From Octopus vulgaris (Eukaryota), in assembly GCA_951406725.2 (NCBI GenBank), contig OX597820.1, positions 35,464,001 to 35,528,000 on the forward strand: a DNA stretch of 64,000 bases. The letters are read 5' to 3'. The notes below the pieces were generated by a model, which had not been told where the DNA came from, did not search any database, and saw only the letters and a program-made list of their open reading frames with translations. Of this stretch, positions 1 through 13,147 are shown in pieces. The position numbers and the translations under genes were made by a program. How positions within the stretch are numbered: position 1 is the first letter of the stretch; each line of letters begins with the position of its first letter.

Positions 1-31
<31 letters not shown>

Positions 32-35
<4 letters not shown>

Positions 36-309
36 CGTGATCACCGTGACCGACCAGGCTATCAGATGTTGCTACACATCGCTGGTCACAATGCGCTTCG
101 CATTGTTTTAGCCTTCAAATGACGCCACCCCGTGAGAGAAAGTTGTGGCGAAAGAGTACAGCAGGGATCGCCACCACCCCCTGTCGGAGACTCGTGGAGC
201 TTTAGGTGTTTTCGCTCAATAAACACTCACAACGCGCGGTCTGGGAGTCGAAACTGCGATCCTACGACCGCGAGTCCGCTGCCTTAACCACTGGGCCATT
301 GCGCCTCCA
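32..309 (-). mobile_element. tRNA-derived SINE, family A (head TGGAGGCGCAATGGCCCAGTGG), tail type i ending in (AT)n
   Basis: Minus strand has an A-box-like TGGCCCAGTGG and a B-box-like GTTTCGACTCC. The head recurs at 11021 and 24056; the tail recurs at 58078. Confidence 0.85.
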
Positions 310-429
310 TATATATATATATATATGTATGTATGTATGTACCCCCACACACACAAATATATATATTTATATGCAAATATATCTATGTAATCTATGTATA
401 TATATCTATGAGTAAATATGTCTATGTTT

Positions 430-610
430 GTTCCCCACTACCACTTTACAACCGGTGTCGGTGGGTTTACGTCCCGGTACCTTAGTGGTTCGGCTAAATA
501 GCCTGATAGAATAAGTACTAAGCTTTAAGAAAAATCGATTCGTTCGACCAGAAATTCAAGGCGGTGCCCCAAAATAGCCGCAATCAGATGTCTGAAATAA
601 GTAATAAAGG
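430..610 (+). mobile_element. SINE family B, 3' half
   Basis: ACAACCGGTGTCGGTG...GGCGGTGCCCC...TGAAATAAGTAA matches the 3' half of the copies at 19622 and 43845. Confidence 0.7.
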
Positions 611-887
611 CTACATATGTGTATATATGCAAATATTCTATAATTATAAACATAATTATAATTAGGGGTCAACTAATTGCTTCACCACATACCGAATTTA
701 GAAATAGGAGTTAAAAATTCCTTTTCTACTACTGTAAGAATCTCCATGACGGTAACACCCTTTTTTACGTAGGCAAAGAGAAAAAAATGAATCAACACGA
801 CTCCGATTACCCACAGACGCGTTACGAGATTAAAGTGTATATGTATATATATATATGTATGTGTGTGTGTTTTTGTGTTTGTGTGTG

Positions 888-927
<40 letters not shown>

Positions 928-932
928 TACAT

Positions 933-988
<56 letters not shown>

Positions 989-1158
989 ATAATAAATATT
1001 AGGGAATAAATCCAAATTTACAGGGAAGTTAATATTTAACATTATAGTCGATTTCGATATAATCGTATTTAATAATAGAGTTTATTATAAGTAAATTTTT
1101 ATTTAGATTATATAGATTATTTATATCTTAAAAATATTGATTATATTTTAGGTTTTGA

Positions 1159-1219
1159 AACCACCTGAAGAATGTCTCAAAGATGTGCTGAAATAAGACA
1201 TGAAACGATCGTAGTGGTT
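1159..1219 (+). ncRNA. Type I hammerhead ribozyme, canonical core
   Basis: Stem I AACCAC/GUGGUU; core CUGAAGA; stem II AUGUCU/AGACAU; GAAAC-GAUC-GUA, with predicted cleavage after 1213. It sits in a ~340-bp insert between (TA)n tracts. Confidence 0.85.
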
Positions 1220-1324
1220 ATTTATAATTGTTAAATTTCTAAATTTATATAAATTATTTTATGTATTGGCTTAAGTCTTTCTTTGTTTGATTTGCATAAT
1301 AGGGGTTTTGTCTCTAATTTAATA

Positions 1325-1403
<79 letters not shown>

Positions 1404-1446
1404 AATAAATGGTGGGGTTGTGTTGACCGCACGTGGAGAAATGATA

Positions 1447-1628
1447 AGTAAGGAAAAATTTTTTTAAAAATGCAGAATGCTCAAATGAAAGAAAATTTTA
1501 ATAAAATCAGAAATTGATAAAATATATAAATATATATTTTTATTATATATTTATATATTTTATCAATTTCTCATTTTATTAAAATTTTCTTTCATTTGAG
1601 CATTCTGCATTTAAAAAAAAATTTTCCT

Positions 1629-1632
<4 letters not shown>
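1447..1632. repeat. Near-perfect fold-back palindrome (~90-bp arms) abutting (TA)n
   Basis: AGTAAGGAAAAA...AATGCAGAATGCTCAAATGAAAG is mirrored by CTTTCATTTGAGCATTCTGCATT...TTTTCCTTACT. Confidence 0.9.
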
Positions 1633-1661
<29 letters not shown>

Positions 1662-1665
<4 letters not shown>

Positions 1666-1790
1666 AGTGACTATCTGGTAAGTAGCTTGCTTACGAACCA
1701 CATGGTTCCGGGTTCAGTCACACTGCGTGGCACCTTGAGCAAGTGTTTTCTACTATAGCCTCGGGCCGACCAAAGCCTTGTGAGTGGAAG
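1662..1790 (+). mobile_element. SINE family B, 5' part
   Basis: GGTAAGTAGCTTGC...ATGGTTCCGGGTTCAGT...CCTCGGGCCGACCAAAGCCTTGTGAGTGGA is shared with the copies at 30213 and 43845. Confidence 0.8.
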
Positions 1791-2594
1791 TGGAGGAATC
1801 AAAATAGAACTGAGACAAGTAAGGATATTGTATTTGCAGTTCCATTATTTATGCAGAGTAGTGTATATGTAAGTTTCCTGTACCTTGTGTGTGAGTTCAA
1901 GTGCTGTTTATAACAGGTCATTCCAAGCATAGAATCTTGTAAACGGTGTTATTCGATCGAGGGTTTATGTATGTATGTATGTATGTATGTATGTATGTAT
2001 GTATGTATGTATGTATGTATGTATGTATGTATGTATGTATGTATGTATGTATTAAATATGTATGTATCTATGTATATATGTATGTATGTATGTATGTATG
2101 TGGCGTCGATTGCGTGCAGAAAGAGTTCGCTTCGCAGCACAAGGCTGCACCATTGGCTAGTGTCTTCTATAGCCTCGCGAGTGAATTAGTTACACGGAGA
2201 CTGTATAGAAGCCCCGCATGTGTGTGTATGTATATACTTGTTTGTTTGTGTGTGTATTTGTGTTTATCCGTCACCCCGCTTCACCACTGGTGTTTGCTTA
2301 CGTTGCCGCAATGGTTCAGACTTGAAACGAAATAAAAGCACTAGGGCAGATTCGATCGACTAAAACCACAGTGACCGCAGGCTATTTGGTTGAAACAAGT
2401 AAAAAGATAAGAATAGAAGTGTGTGTATGTGTTTGTATGTTTGTGTGTGTGTGTGCGTGCGCGTGAATCTGTGAGTGTCTGTGTGTGTGTATATATACAC
2501 GCGTTCATACGCGTTCATACGCACACACACACACATATCAGTTTAGTGATACAAACAGGAAACATGGAAATATATATATATATATTTACTATTA

Positions 2595-2649
<55 letters not shown>

Positions 2650-2722
2650 CTATTAATAAAGATATATATAAAGCGTCTGAAGGGCCGAGGGTTTCGTGTT
2701 TCGTGCGTAGGTACTTATCAAA

Positions 2723-2842
<120 letters not shown>

Positions 2843-3285
2843 TATATATATATGAGTTAGAAGAGTTATGCATATACACTTATGTAGCAAGTGTGTGTGT
2901 ATGTGTGCGTGTATGAATGAATGTGTGTACGGTATGTATGTATGGTATGTATGTATTGCAGAAAACACCACCCAGCTGCCGAACATTTTGTTATGCTTAT
3001 GAAATATTTGACAATCCTTCTTTTACTTCCAGTTAAAATTCCATGAGAAATATTTCTCAGTTTTATCAATACAAATTAAACAATTCCAATCTTATATCTG
3101 TCAATACTCTTCACATTCTCACATTTTCGCTTTCTTTTTCTTCTTATTCTTCACATATGTATTTGCAAGATTAACCGAGATAACGATAAAACTCTAGGTC
3201 AAATAAATAACTCACTCACATATCTTTATACTTTTGCTGTTGTTACTCACTTGCTTTGTTTTGTTTTGTTTTTCTTTTTCTTTTT

Positions 3286-3662
3286 ACATTGCTTGCATTT
3301 TCATGAATGGTGAATGAGTCTTTTATTCACCATCGGGTTGAGCTTTTTCGGATAAATTCTTTCTCTTAGTGACGCTAAATGACGTCTGTGATCGCAAGTT
3401 CTACAGATATTAGCAGTGACTACTTCCGGAACAAGGTGACCCTAGTCGATATCATCAATAAAATACTATCTTACACATTGCTTGCATTTTCATGAATGGT
3501 GAATCAGTCTTTTATTCACCATCGGATTGAGCTTTTTCGAATAAATTCTTTCTCTTAGTGACGCTAAATGACGTCTGTGATCGCAAGTTCTATAGATATT
3601 AGCAGTGACTACTTCCGGAACAAGGTGACCCTAGTCGATATCATCAATAAAATACTATCTTT
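3286..3662. repeat. Tandem duplication, 2 x 189 bp
   Basis: ACATTGCTTGCATTTTCATG...AAATACTATCTT begins at 3286 and again at 3475, with only a few substitutions. Confidence 0.95.
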
Positions 3663-4109
3663 CACTATCTCGTAGAGTTTCACTGTTGATCATTGCGTTA
3701 GTGATTGTTCCGCTCCAAAATCTGTCCACCGCCATGTTTGCTTCTCAAGGCATTCTCATTTAGCTTAAGCATTTATTTGAAGCTTAACTAGCTTGGGACA
3801 TAGGTATACGCTAGCCTCATCACCACGATCACGACGAGAAAACTTCGACAGAGACAAAGACGTGTTTCTCCCTCTTTTCTATCATTACTATAATGGCCCT
3901 TCTTCAAAGACAACTGGTTTTGTATTTCCTCCATTCAGGTAACCCGGCCTCAAAAAGTACCAAGCAAGAAAGTGGGGAAAAGGGTAATCTACCAGGGCTC
4001 ATAAGGATGATTGTTTTGGTATTGATATATTTCTCTGGTAATTGAGAGAATGCTTTTAATTAGAATAAGATACTCGTTAAGAACATATCATTACTGGTAT
4101 AATTGTTGA

Positions 4110-4315
4110 CTGAATCGTTCGCGTACGGGACAAAATGCTGAGCGGCATTTCTTACAACTTTACGTTCTGATTTCAAATGTAACCGAAGTCGAATTTACCT
4201 TTCGTCCTTTCGGCCTCGATAAAATATCGTACAGGTTAAGCTTTGGGCTTGATTTAACCGAATTAATCCGCCCACAAAATTTCAAGTCTGGTGCTTATAG
4301 TAGAAAGAATTATTG
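4110..4315 (+). mobile_element. SINE family D (GTCGACTTTGCCTTTCATCCTTTCGGGGTCGATAAA-type core), degenerate
   Basis: Similar to the copies at 18165, 26445, 29018 and 53930. Confidence 0.65.
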
Positions 4316-5985
4316 TTGTTGCTGTTATTGTCGTTGTTGTTGTTATTTTTGTAATTTAGCTTCATATCAGCACTAATCAGGCAGATCTATGATTAATAAA
4401 TTTTCAGTCGTTTATTTAATGACTTTTCAATCGTTATCCTCAATCTCCTCTTTATACAAAAATAATAGCGAATTAAGAGAGAGTCGGCACAGCATCGGAT
4501 AGGAAGTCTTACTCTTCTGTGATATTTGTTTCAATTCTCTCCACTAAAGTAAAGCTTTGTCTTTCGTCCTTTCTTGTGAGAAGTGTAGGCGGTTTCATTG
4601 AAATAAAACATCAGGTCCAAGGGTCATTGCTTTGTAGAATAGTATCAGTGGAGCATCAAAGAAGATTTCTTCTAGAAGTTTTTTCGGCTCTTTTGCGTTC
4701 TGACGATGACACTTGAGGCGGTAACATCGGTGACATGGAGAGAAGAGACGTCAATGCCTGGAAGAATGTTGGCTCATCGCAAAACCTTGCCTATGTTTGT
4801 GTCTTAGTGAGAAACTTTACAATTGCAGTTCCACAGACTTATGTAACATTTGAAAATCGCAGGGTCTTACATTGTCTAGTGAGTCCTTACTTTTTAAAAG
4901 CAGTAGAGTTTTTTTAAGAACAAACAGGGAGATTTGTTTGCTTTTTCAAGCAGATCCACAGACTACGTAGAGGCGCTAGGTTCAACGCTCACCCAACACA
5001 TGATTAATGGCGTTGCAGTTGTAACCATTCCATCTCATTTACGAGTCTACATTGTCAAATATGTCTTCTTTGTTTTAAGACAGTGGGGTTTAATTTGAGG
5101 GAGATTTGGATATTATTTCGCTCAGGCCCAGGTCAGCACATTTTAGAAATATCTATGATTAATGGTATTCCATTATTAACCCCCTAACTAACCTGTGGTC
5201 AACCGACCTTTTACTCATATATTTTTAGCACTACATTCTGCACAAAACATTAGCCTGCATTCAGTTGTGAGTGATTAAAGGCTTTACTGATTTTTTAGAT
5301 GTTTGTGTCGTGCCCAGAAGACGAAGACACGTTGTCAGAGTTCTGCACCCTTGCCCAGCAGCAAATCTAGAATGTGACAACCGGAAAGAGAAACAGTTTC
5401 ACTAGCACTTGGGCAGTACGCGTTTTCAACTGAATAGACTGCTGAAAATGAAATGGAGTGCCCTGCTCAAGTACACAAAAACGCCGCCCGATGTAGGTTG
5501 CTGATAATCACACAAACTTATGACTATGAACAAAATATCTTTAACCATCAGACCACACACCTCACAAAACATCAGCAAAAATCAAACTGTAGATTCTCTG
5601 AATTCTAATATGAAAAGGGAATTCATCAACAGAAGATCGTTGAGTTGATATTCATAAATTCCTTTGAATAACAACAAAACACTCCACAAGATTGTTTCTA
5701 TGATAATCGATATTACCTCGATGAAATATAAGTTAATAAAAATCAGAATTAATAAACACCTTTTCATATTATAAATCACAAATATCTGTTCTATCATCTG
5801 ATAACATTCGTTTTGTATTTTCTTATACATTTTCTTTTATTGTTTCAGAAATATTATGAATATTAATGAATCATGTGACTACTGACTCTGTAACTGACTG
5901 TTATATGAAAACATTTATTGCATTCTCGACAATCATAGTTCGTCATATATACATATATACGAGTGTGCATGTATACATACATACG

Positions 5986-6017
<32 letters not shown>

Positions 6018-6035
6018 TATATATACAAATGTATT

Positions 6036-6066
<31 letters not shown>

Positions 6067-6115
6067 ATATATAAATATAAATATATGTGTGTATATATAA
6101 ATATAAATATATATA

Positions 6116-6155
<40 letters not shown>

Positions 6156-6319
6156 TATGTATAAGTAGATATATGTAAGTATTAAAATGAAATGGTTTTG
6201 AAGTATCGTGCGATATTGCTTTAAGGTGACTTATTGGGTAACGCCAGAAAAATGAGAGAAGATATAAAGTAAACTACAAAAAGAAAAGAAAACAAAAAAA
6301 GTTCTACTTTTACTTTATA

Positions 6320-6358
6320 TTTCTATATTTCGGGCCTATGACCCCTTCTTCAGGACAT
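6320..6358 (-). ncRNA. Minimal hammerhead ribozyme motif
   Basis: Minus strand reads AUGUC-CUGAAGA-A-GGG...CCC-GAAA-UAUA-GAAAU. Stem I is short with one mismatch. Confidence 0.6.
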
Positions 6359-6784
6359 TTAATAAAGCAAGGGATGAAAAAATAATGGTGTACAGATGTG
6401 TGATGCTTAGCAAATTCATCAGGGATGGATCAGATGTACACGATCTGTATGCCAAGTCCGTCTCTGCAAATCGCATGTTGTATAGAAGCAGTGGTTCTGT
6501 CCTCGAAATCGGGTGGTTTAAGGAAGCATAAGTCAGATTTGGTATTATGGGCTCCTTATCTAGTTTACTCACTTTAGTTTTTTAGACGCAGTCATTTGAG
6601 TAAAGATGGAGGATAGTTGTTGTGTATTAACACCTAGCGGTTGAAAGAACCTCTACTTCTATACAACATGCGGTCTGCAGCGAAGGGCTCGACATACAAA
6701 TGGTGCACACCGGTTCATCCCTGAGGAAATTGCTGAGCATCACATATCTGAGCCACGATATTGTTCTATCCCTCGCTTTTCCGC

Positions 6785-6824
6785 ATGTCCTGAAGAAGGG
6801 ATCATAATCCTGAAATATAGAAAT
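6785..6824 (+). ncRNA. Minimal hammerhead ribozyme motif (inverted partner of 6320-6358)
   Basis: AUGUC-CUGAAGA-A-GGGAU-CAUA-AUCCU-GAAA-UAUA-GAAAU. Confidence 0.65.
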
Positions 6825-6825
6825 A

Positions 6826-8709
6826 GTAGCAGTATCGTCCGGCGGTGCTCGGGTTTCTTTCGACCCTTTAGAATTGAATTTTTGAAAAGTAAAAGTTTTG
6901 CATTGTGTAGCTTGTTATTCTCTTTAAGTGAACATTTTTCTGGTTGAAATACACCGAAAAATGGCGACACAACAGTCAAAAAATCGTAAAAAATAAGGAT
7001 TTTCATAGAAAAAAATCACCCTTTTGATGCAAATAATTTTTGGTGTTAACATGGTCCGATTTCAATTTTGGTCAACTTGCGCAGTAGGGTCTCGGAAGAG
7101 ATAGTGTTAGTTGAAGGCTACCAAATCTGCCATACAACTTCAGCTTTATATATATACTAGCAGTATCGCCCGGCGTTGCTCGGGTTGTAAGGGAAATAAC
7201 TATATAAGCATTTTTAGAGAGTTATAGCCAAAAAATGCATTAAAAATTGAAAAAAAATTAAGGTAAATATTTTTTAAATCGTTGACACATCGTAGATATT
7301 TTTAGAGAGTTACTTCCCTTATATAAAAGCGAAAAAAATGCATTAAAATGGAAAAATATGATGGTAAATTTTTTTTAAAATCGTAGACTCATCGTAGACG
7401 CACGCTAATACCCAGAAGGGCTCGATATGAATCACGACTATAAGATACCCGCTTTTGGTTAAACTGCACCGCAAAATGTGGGAGTAGTTAGGAATCGAAA
7501 TCGTAGGAGACAGACACACAACTTCACTCTTATATAAAGATGCTTTTTTTTTTCAGTCATAGAGTTAGATTTATGAAGGTCTTCAGTAGAAAATCCTTCG
7601 AATTCTGACTCGCTGCTTGATATAATGAAATTCGTATCCATTTTTTGTCAGAATTACAAATTTTGAAAACACAATAGGAACAAATTTCGGAAAAAAATCT
7701 CCCATAATTCACGGAATTAAAATTACACTTCGATTTTTGTACAAAACTGTAGTTGAAGGGTTTACGAAGTATAATACGTGTTTTCACGAATGTACTAAAG
7801 AGATTTGCTCTGATATTCTCATTTAAATATGAATAGGTAAATTCGGGCGGCTTGGTAACTATATATAAGTGTCGTCTGTTTATACATAAACACTGTTTCA
7901 TACTGCAATTATGTATACATATATCTATATATAATATTATATAATAAAATATATACAGAGTAAAATAAAAACCAATTTACCTTTTCTGTCCTCCGTGTGT
8001 CTTTGCAAATGTGTTGGAATGATAAGTGAGTTGTGTTTTTGCGCCTTTTTTACTAATAACAAACACACACGTGTTTGTATGTAGTTGTATGTGTATGTAG
8101 TTGTATGTAGTTGTATATGTATGTGTATGCGTGTGTGTGAGGAATGACACACACACACTCTCGCAAGCACACATGTACATCAATGCTTTCGGAGTGATAT
8201 GTTAAAATATTGAGTTTTCTCGAATTTTGTCTTAATTGGGGGTGAAATTGAAAGAAATATATTATGGCATGAGCGAATGGAGTACTTTGAAAAATCTTAG
8301 GTAAATTCTAATTGAAGAAATTGTTTGAGGACTAAATGGTTATGTATTTATTTGTTTCTGTTTGCTGTGTTTTTTTATTTTTTGAGTAGTGGTTTAATTA
8401 CTTTCAGTTTAGGCTTCCTCAAATCACTCTGTCGCTATTTACTTTCATTTTATTCGTTGCCCACTGTGTGTGTGCGTTTGCGTGTGGTGTAAACCAGACT
8501 AAGAAAAGCATTTGACACACACACAAGAATGTGAGTTTTCTGTAAATTTTGCTTAATTGGAGTTTAAATTTTAAAAACTGGACCTGGCATGACGCAATGC
8601 ATTGTACTCTTAAAAATGCAAGGTAAATTGTAATTAAAGAAATCCTATATTGTAGATTTGTATAACTCCCAAAGGGAGGCAGATAAAATCTGCCTTTTAT
8701 AATAAGAGA
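6826..8709 (-). mobile_element. Cluster of non-autonomous Helitron-like elements (complete unit 7157-7540)
   Basis: Minus-strand 3' ends carry a CCCG...CGGG hairpin followed by CTAG (7157; degenerate copy at 6826). Minus-strand 5' TC starts lie at 7540 and 8709. Unit 7157-7540 sits between A and T. Confidence 0.7.
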
Positions 8710-9549
8710 TATATATATAGATAGATAGATAGATAATGTAGAAATACAACTTTATTTTGTTTAGTTTTCTTTTTGTATTTTATTTTATATCTTCTCGCAT
8801 TGTTCTGGCCTTAATGTCATGTGTGTGTTTTATTTGAATTCTTCCTCTGAATAAAGAGTAAGTTTCTAACAAATATACAATATGTATGTATGTGTGTCAT
8901 TATTCAGTTTTATTTCAAGATTTCTTGCCAATAGAGAAAGAGCCGGTTTCTAACTTATATCGAAGGCCCCTTCATTGGAATTTCAACAACATGAGGGTAA
9001 TTTTGCATTCGTGCACGAATACATGTATGTATGTATGTACGTATGTATGTATGTATGTATGTATGTATGTATGTATGTATGCATGTATGTATATGTGTAG
9101 ATTTTTATGTGTTGTTTTATGCATTCTCATGCATATAGTTGCATGTCTAGACATACTCATATATACTTAAATGATAAACCTTTGGAAAGTTGTAATTATG
9201 TTAGTAAATAAATAAATAAGTTTATTTAGCTGGTACTTTATTTTATCGGTGCCGGAAAGGTAAAAGAAAAAGTTGACTTCGATGAAATTTGAGCTCAGAA
9301 AGCAGATAGATGAAACGATTATGTAAGACATTTTGACCTACGCTCTGCTCTAAAGAATAAATAAATTTTCATCAGCCTATTTCTTTGTCATTTATAACTT
9401 TATACACTCCTTATTGCTTTCTCTTGTATTCTATATGTTTGAGGGATGGTACATTAAGGAGATTTTTTTATGAGGACTATTGGATTACTTGACTTCATGT
9501 ATTGTGACTTATATACATACATATATACATATATATATATGTATATATG

Positions 9550-9627
<78 letters not shown>

Positions 9628-9800
9628 CAGTAATCCATTGGTATCGTGGGTGTTACGTTCCAAAACCTCCTACAGAAATAATTAAAATCTAAAAAATTAA
9701 AATACCTATCGGTCGCAGAAACCCGCAATATACTGAGGAGTCCGCGATATGAATTTACATTATATTAGCCAGAGAAATCTACAATATACTGAGTGCGTGA
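9628..9800. mobile_element. Tigger/pogo-type MITE remnant
   Basis: TA-CAGTAATCC...GTTACGTTCCAAAACC terminus, similar to 33103 (CAGTAACCCCTCG...GTTGCGTTCCAAAACC). Confidence 0.5.
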
Positions 9801-10564
9801 TATGTGGAGTGCTCAACCACTTGCACGATAATTTCCCGAGCAGACTATTCCATTGATCGGATCAACTGAAATACTTATCACCATAGCTGACGGAGTACCA
9901 GTATAAAATAATACTTGTTCGTTTATTATTTGCTTGTTTTTATCACCGTCCTTGTTTTTCTTTTTCTATATATGTTATTGTCGGTCTATAGACCCTACAG
10001 ACTCTCTGTTCCTTTCTTTCCTTTTTATACTTGCATTCGTTTGTTCTCTATATCGGCTCACATACCCCAGCAGCATTTTGTTGTTGACGCTCGCCACCAA
10101 AATAAATATTTTTAATCATTAATGGCGCGAAATTGCGATGAGTTTTGATCGATAACTGAGGAGGGGTGAACGTTTCCCCGCCTTTTGTGTGATATTTTCT
10201 GTTTTCTGTGCAACATTTTGCTCTCTCTCCCCCTCTGTCACCTTCTCTCTTTCCCTCACTTTCTGTATATATTGCCAAATTACTGAAACAAAAAAAGAAT
10301 ACACGAATATATACCAAAAGGATGCGTTATAATACTATTCCACATATACAAAAGCAACGATACCAACAATCCAGCATACCTCCATCACCAGCTGCCCCAC
10401 GGATATCATTGTGGTTTCGACACTTGGACAATACCATTCGATCGGGCGGGATCAACAACACTAAAATAAGTGTTGTTTGGAAACAGACATACCAAAGAAA
10501 CAACAACTTTCAAACACATATATAATATGATATAATATTATATATATACACATACATACATACA

Positions 10565-10598
<34 letters not shown>

Positions 10599-10600
10599 CG

Positions 10601-10634
<34 letters not shown>

Positions 10635-11020
10635 CATACATACATACATACATACATACATACATACATACATACATACACGTACATATATAGTGGACAG
10701 TTGAACTTTACACATTTTTTTCATTCCCTCTCTATTTATTTCCTCTTATTCCTTACTGTTGAAGAGCCAAACTAATACTCTTGCATGTCATTCATGCACC
10801 TGTCTTTGTCTTTTGTTTTTCTATAAATTTCAACTGTATATAAATATTTATATTGTTATATCGCAGAATCCGATGACCTCTACTCAACTCTCGACGTCTA
10901 GACTTCTCCCTCTATATCTACGTATTGGGCTAGCCTACTACATCGTCTGGGGGCGTCGACACAACATATATATATATATGTATGTGTGTGTATGTACGCG
11001 TGCGTGTGTGCGTGTGTGTG

Positions 11021-11144
11021 TGGAGGCGCAATGTCCAAGTGGTTAGGGCAGCGGACTCGCGATTGTAGGATCGCGGTTTCGATTCCCAGACCGGGCGTTG
11101 TGAGTGTTTATTGAGCGAAAACGCCTAAAGCTCCACGAGGCTCC
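11021..11144 (+). mobile_element. SINE family A head
   Basis: TGGAGGCGCAATGTCCAAGTGG...GGTTTCGATTCCCAGACCGGGCG. Confidence 0.85.
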
Positions 11145-11765
11145 AAAGTTGTTTTTTTTTCCAAGGTCTGGGGTCTCCCGCCCCTAAACCCTAGACCATC
11201 ACCTAATCACCCTTACCCGTCTTGTTGCTTAACAACAACAGATGTTACAATAGCAACTAAATAGAAAATAAGGAAAAATACTTAGATTTACTTATACCTA
11301 CAGGTAGAATGATCATTAAAGTCACTCTTGATTATAGATCTTCTCAGTTAGGGCAGCTGATTTGAAGGCGGAAAGAAAAAACAAGAACAACATGAAGGAG
11401 GTATGAAGGCGGAAGGAATTTTGTCTAAAGAAGAAGAAAAAAACGGCGGAGTGTATGATAAAACAAAAAGCGTGAATACCTCTTCCTACAACAGATATGA
11501 CGGCAGTAAAATGGCGTTAAATTCCTGTACAACTGTAATTTCTTGTTTTCTTGTTTTCTTATTTCCTTCTTCGTTTCCTTCTTCCCTTTTTTTTTTTTTT
11601 TGGTTCGTTTACTTTTTAGCAGACAGGAATTTCAATCAGCCATCATCGACAAGTCACGTCCACATTCAGAGAGGCTGCAGTAAAATGTGTACTTTTAGCG
11701 CGTCATTAAACAGTGCAAATGAGAAAATTATGATAATATATGTGTTGCTATAAGAGGATACATTT

Positions 11766-11796
<31 letters not shown>

Positions 11797-11895
11797 TTGT
11801 GTCTGTGTGTGTGTGTGTCTGTGTGTGTCTGTGTGTGTTTGTGTGTGCGTGTATTTGTGTATGTGTGCATCTTCCCTTCTCTCTCTTTCTCACTT

Positions 11896-11936
<41 letters not shown>

Positions 11937-12605
11937 GAATACATACCCGCATACATATAAGTCTACACGTGGGTATCTGTGTCTTTATCCATGAGTCTTC
12001 ATTCATCTTCTTGCTATAACAGTAAATTTATTTTTCTTAAGAATTTTAATGTAATGTTTTTCGGGGTTTTATGTTTCAAAAATTTAAAACAAATTGAAAA
12101 GCATGAAAATAATGCCAAGATTAAAAACTATTATATCAATTTTTATCAATTTTTATTCATCAACGTACGCATATTCCGGAAAACAAAAATATTTCCATTT
12201 TGTTTCTTTTTTATTTCCTAAACCTCGGCGTAGTTATTGAAAACACTTTCAAGTACACACCTTAAGCAGGCGCTATGGTGGTAACGTTCGAGTATTGTAT
12301 TGATACATTTCGACCAGTGTTTTAGGTTCGAATCCCACCAACGACAAGGGACTTTTTCTTTTTTTTTTCTTTCCTTGCCGGATTGTTAAACAAATTACTA
12401 ATCTAGGGTGGTTGAATATCGGAATTGGGTATTTGTTTCAGTTGCTTGCGTTGAGTTCAACTCACGCCGTGGCTTACAAGGTTATTTGACATTATATCTC
12501 GCCTAGGAAGCACCACCACCAGGTCTTCAGCTGTGTTTATTGAAGTCCAGTCTGCGGTAAGAGTTCGGGCCAGGTTTCGAGTTTAAGGATACTTAATTCA
12601 CTCAC

Positions 12606-12767
12606 CTCTGTCTTCCAATTCCAATTTGAAGATCTTGTCATGAAGATTAGGTCATGAGCAATTACATTCCTCATGATTATGCTATAAATAGATAAGAATG
12701 CCATATTTAGATTTTCAACAAATCCGGGAAATTTTAATTCAATCAAGCCAATTGTCCGTGAGACATT
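12606..12767 (-). CDS. Candidate isolated coding exon (phase 0-0, 54 codons), product unknown
   Basis: Acceptor TTTTACTTACTAG and donor GAG|GTGAGT enclose 162 nt open in frame: NVSRTIGLIELKFPGFVENL...NWNWKTE. The sequence is non-repetitive; no homology recognised. Confidence 0.35.
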
Positions 12768-13147
12768 CTAGTAAGTAAAATACATATTCGTGATAGAAGT
12801 TGGAATTCTTTTACTTTGAGCGTATTTTCTTATTGTATTATTCTTTTAGTGATGATCAACTCATTGTAAGAAACTTTATTTATAAATATATGCGATTGAT
12901 GAACCTTAAGAGTATTTGCCGGTTTTCAATATTTTTGATTACAAATTTGGTAAAGAAATCTATCTTTAAAATGTCGTTGCTCCGGTAAAGAGACAAATAA
13001 AACGCCCGGCTGTACTGGAAGCAAAGTACTTCAGCCTTATCTCAAATACAGTATACACATACATACGCATGCACTCACACACAAACACACACACACATAC
13101 ACACTCACAGATGCACACACACACATACTCACATACATATATATATA

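Noticed and set aside
5582-5830. 82-aa hydrophobic ORF
   Set aside because: AT-rich composition explains it; no recognisable domain or splice support.
12269-12345. tRNA gene (GGTTCGAATCCC T-loop)
   Set aside because: No cloverleaf could be folded; more likely a degenerate SINE head. The same applies to the other SINE heads.
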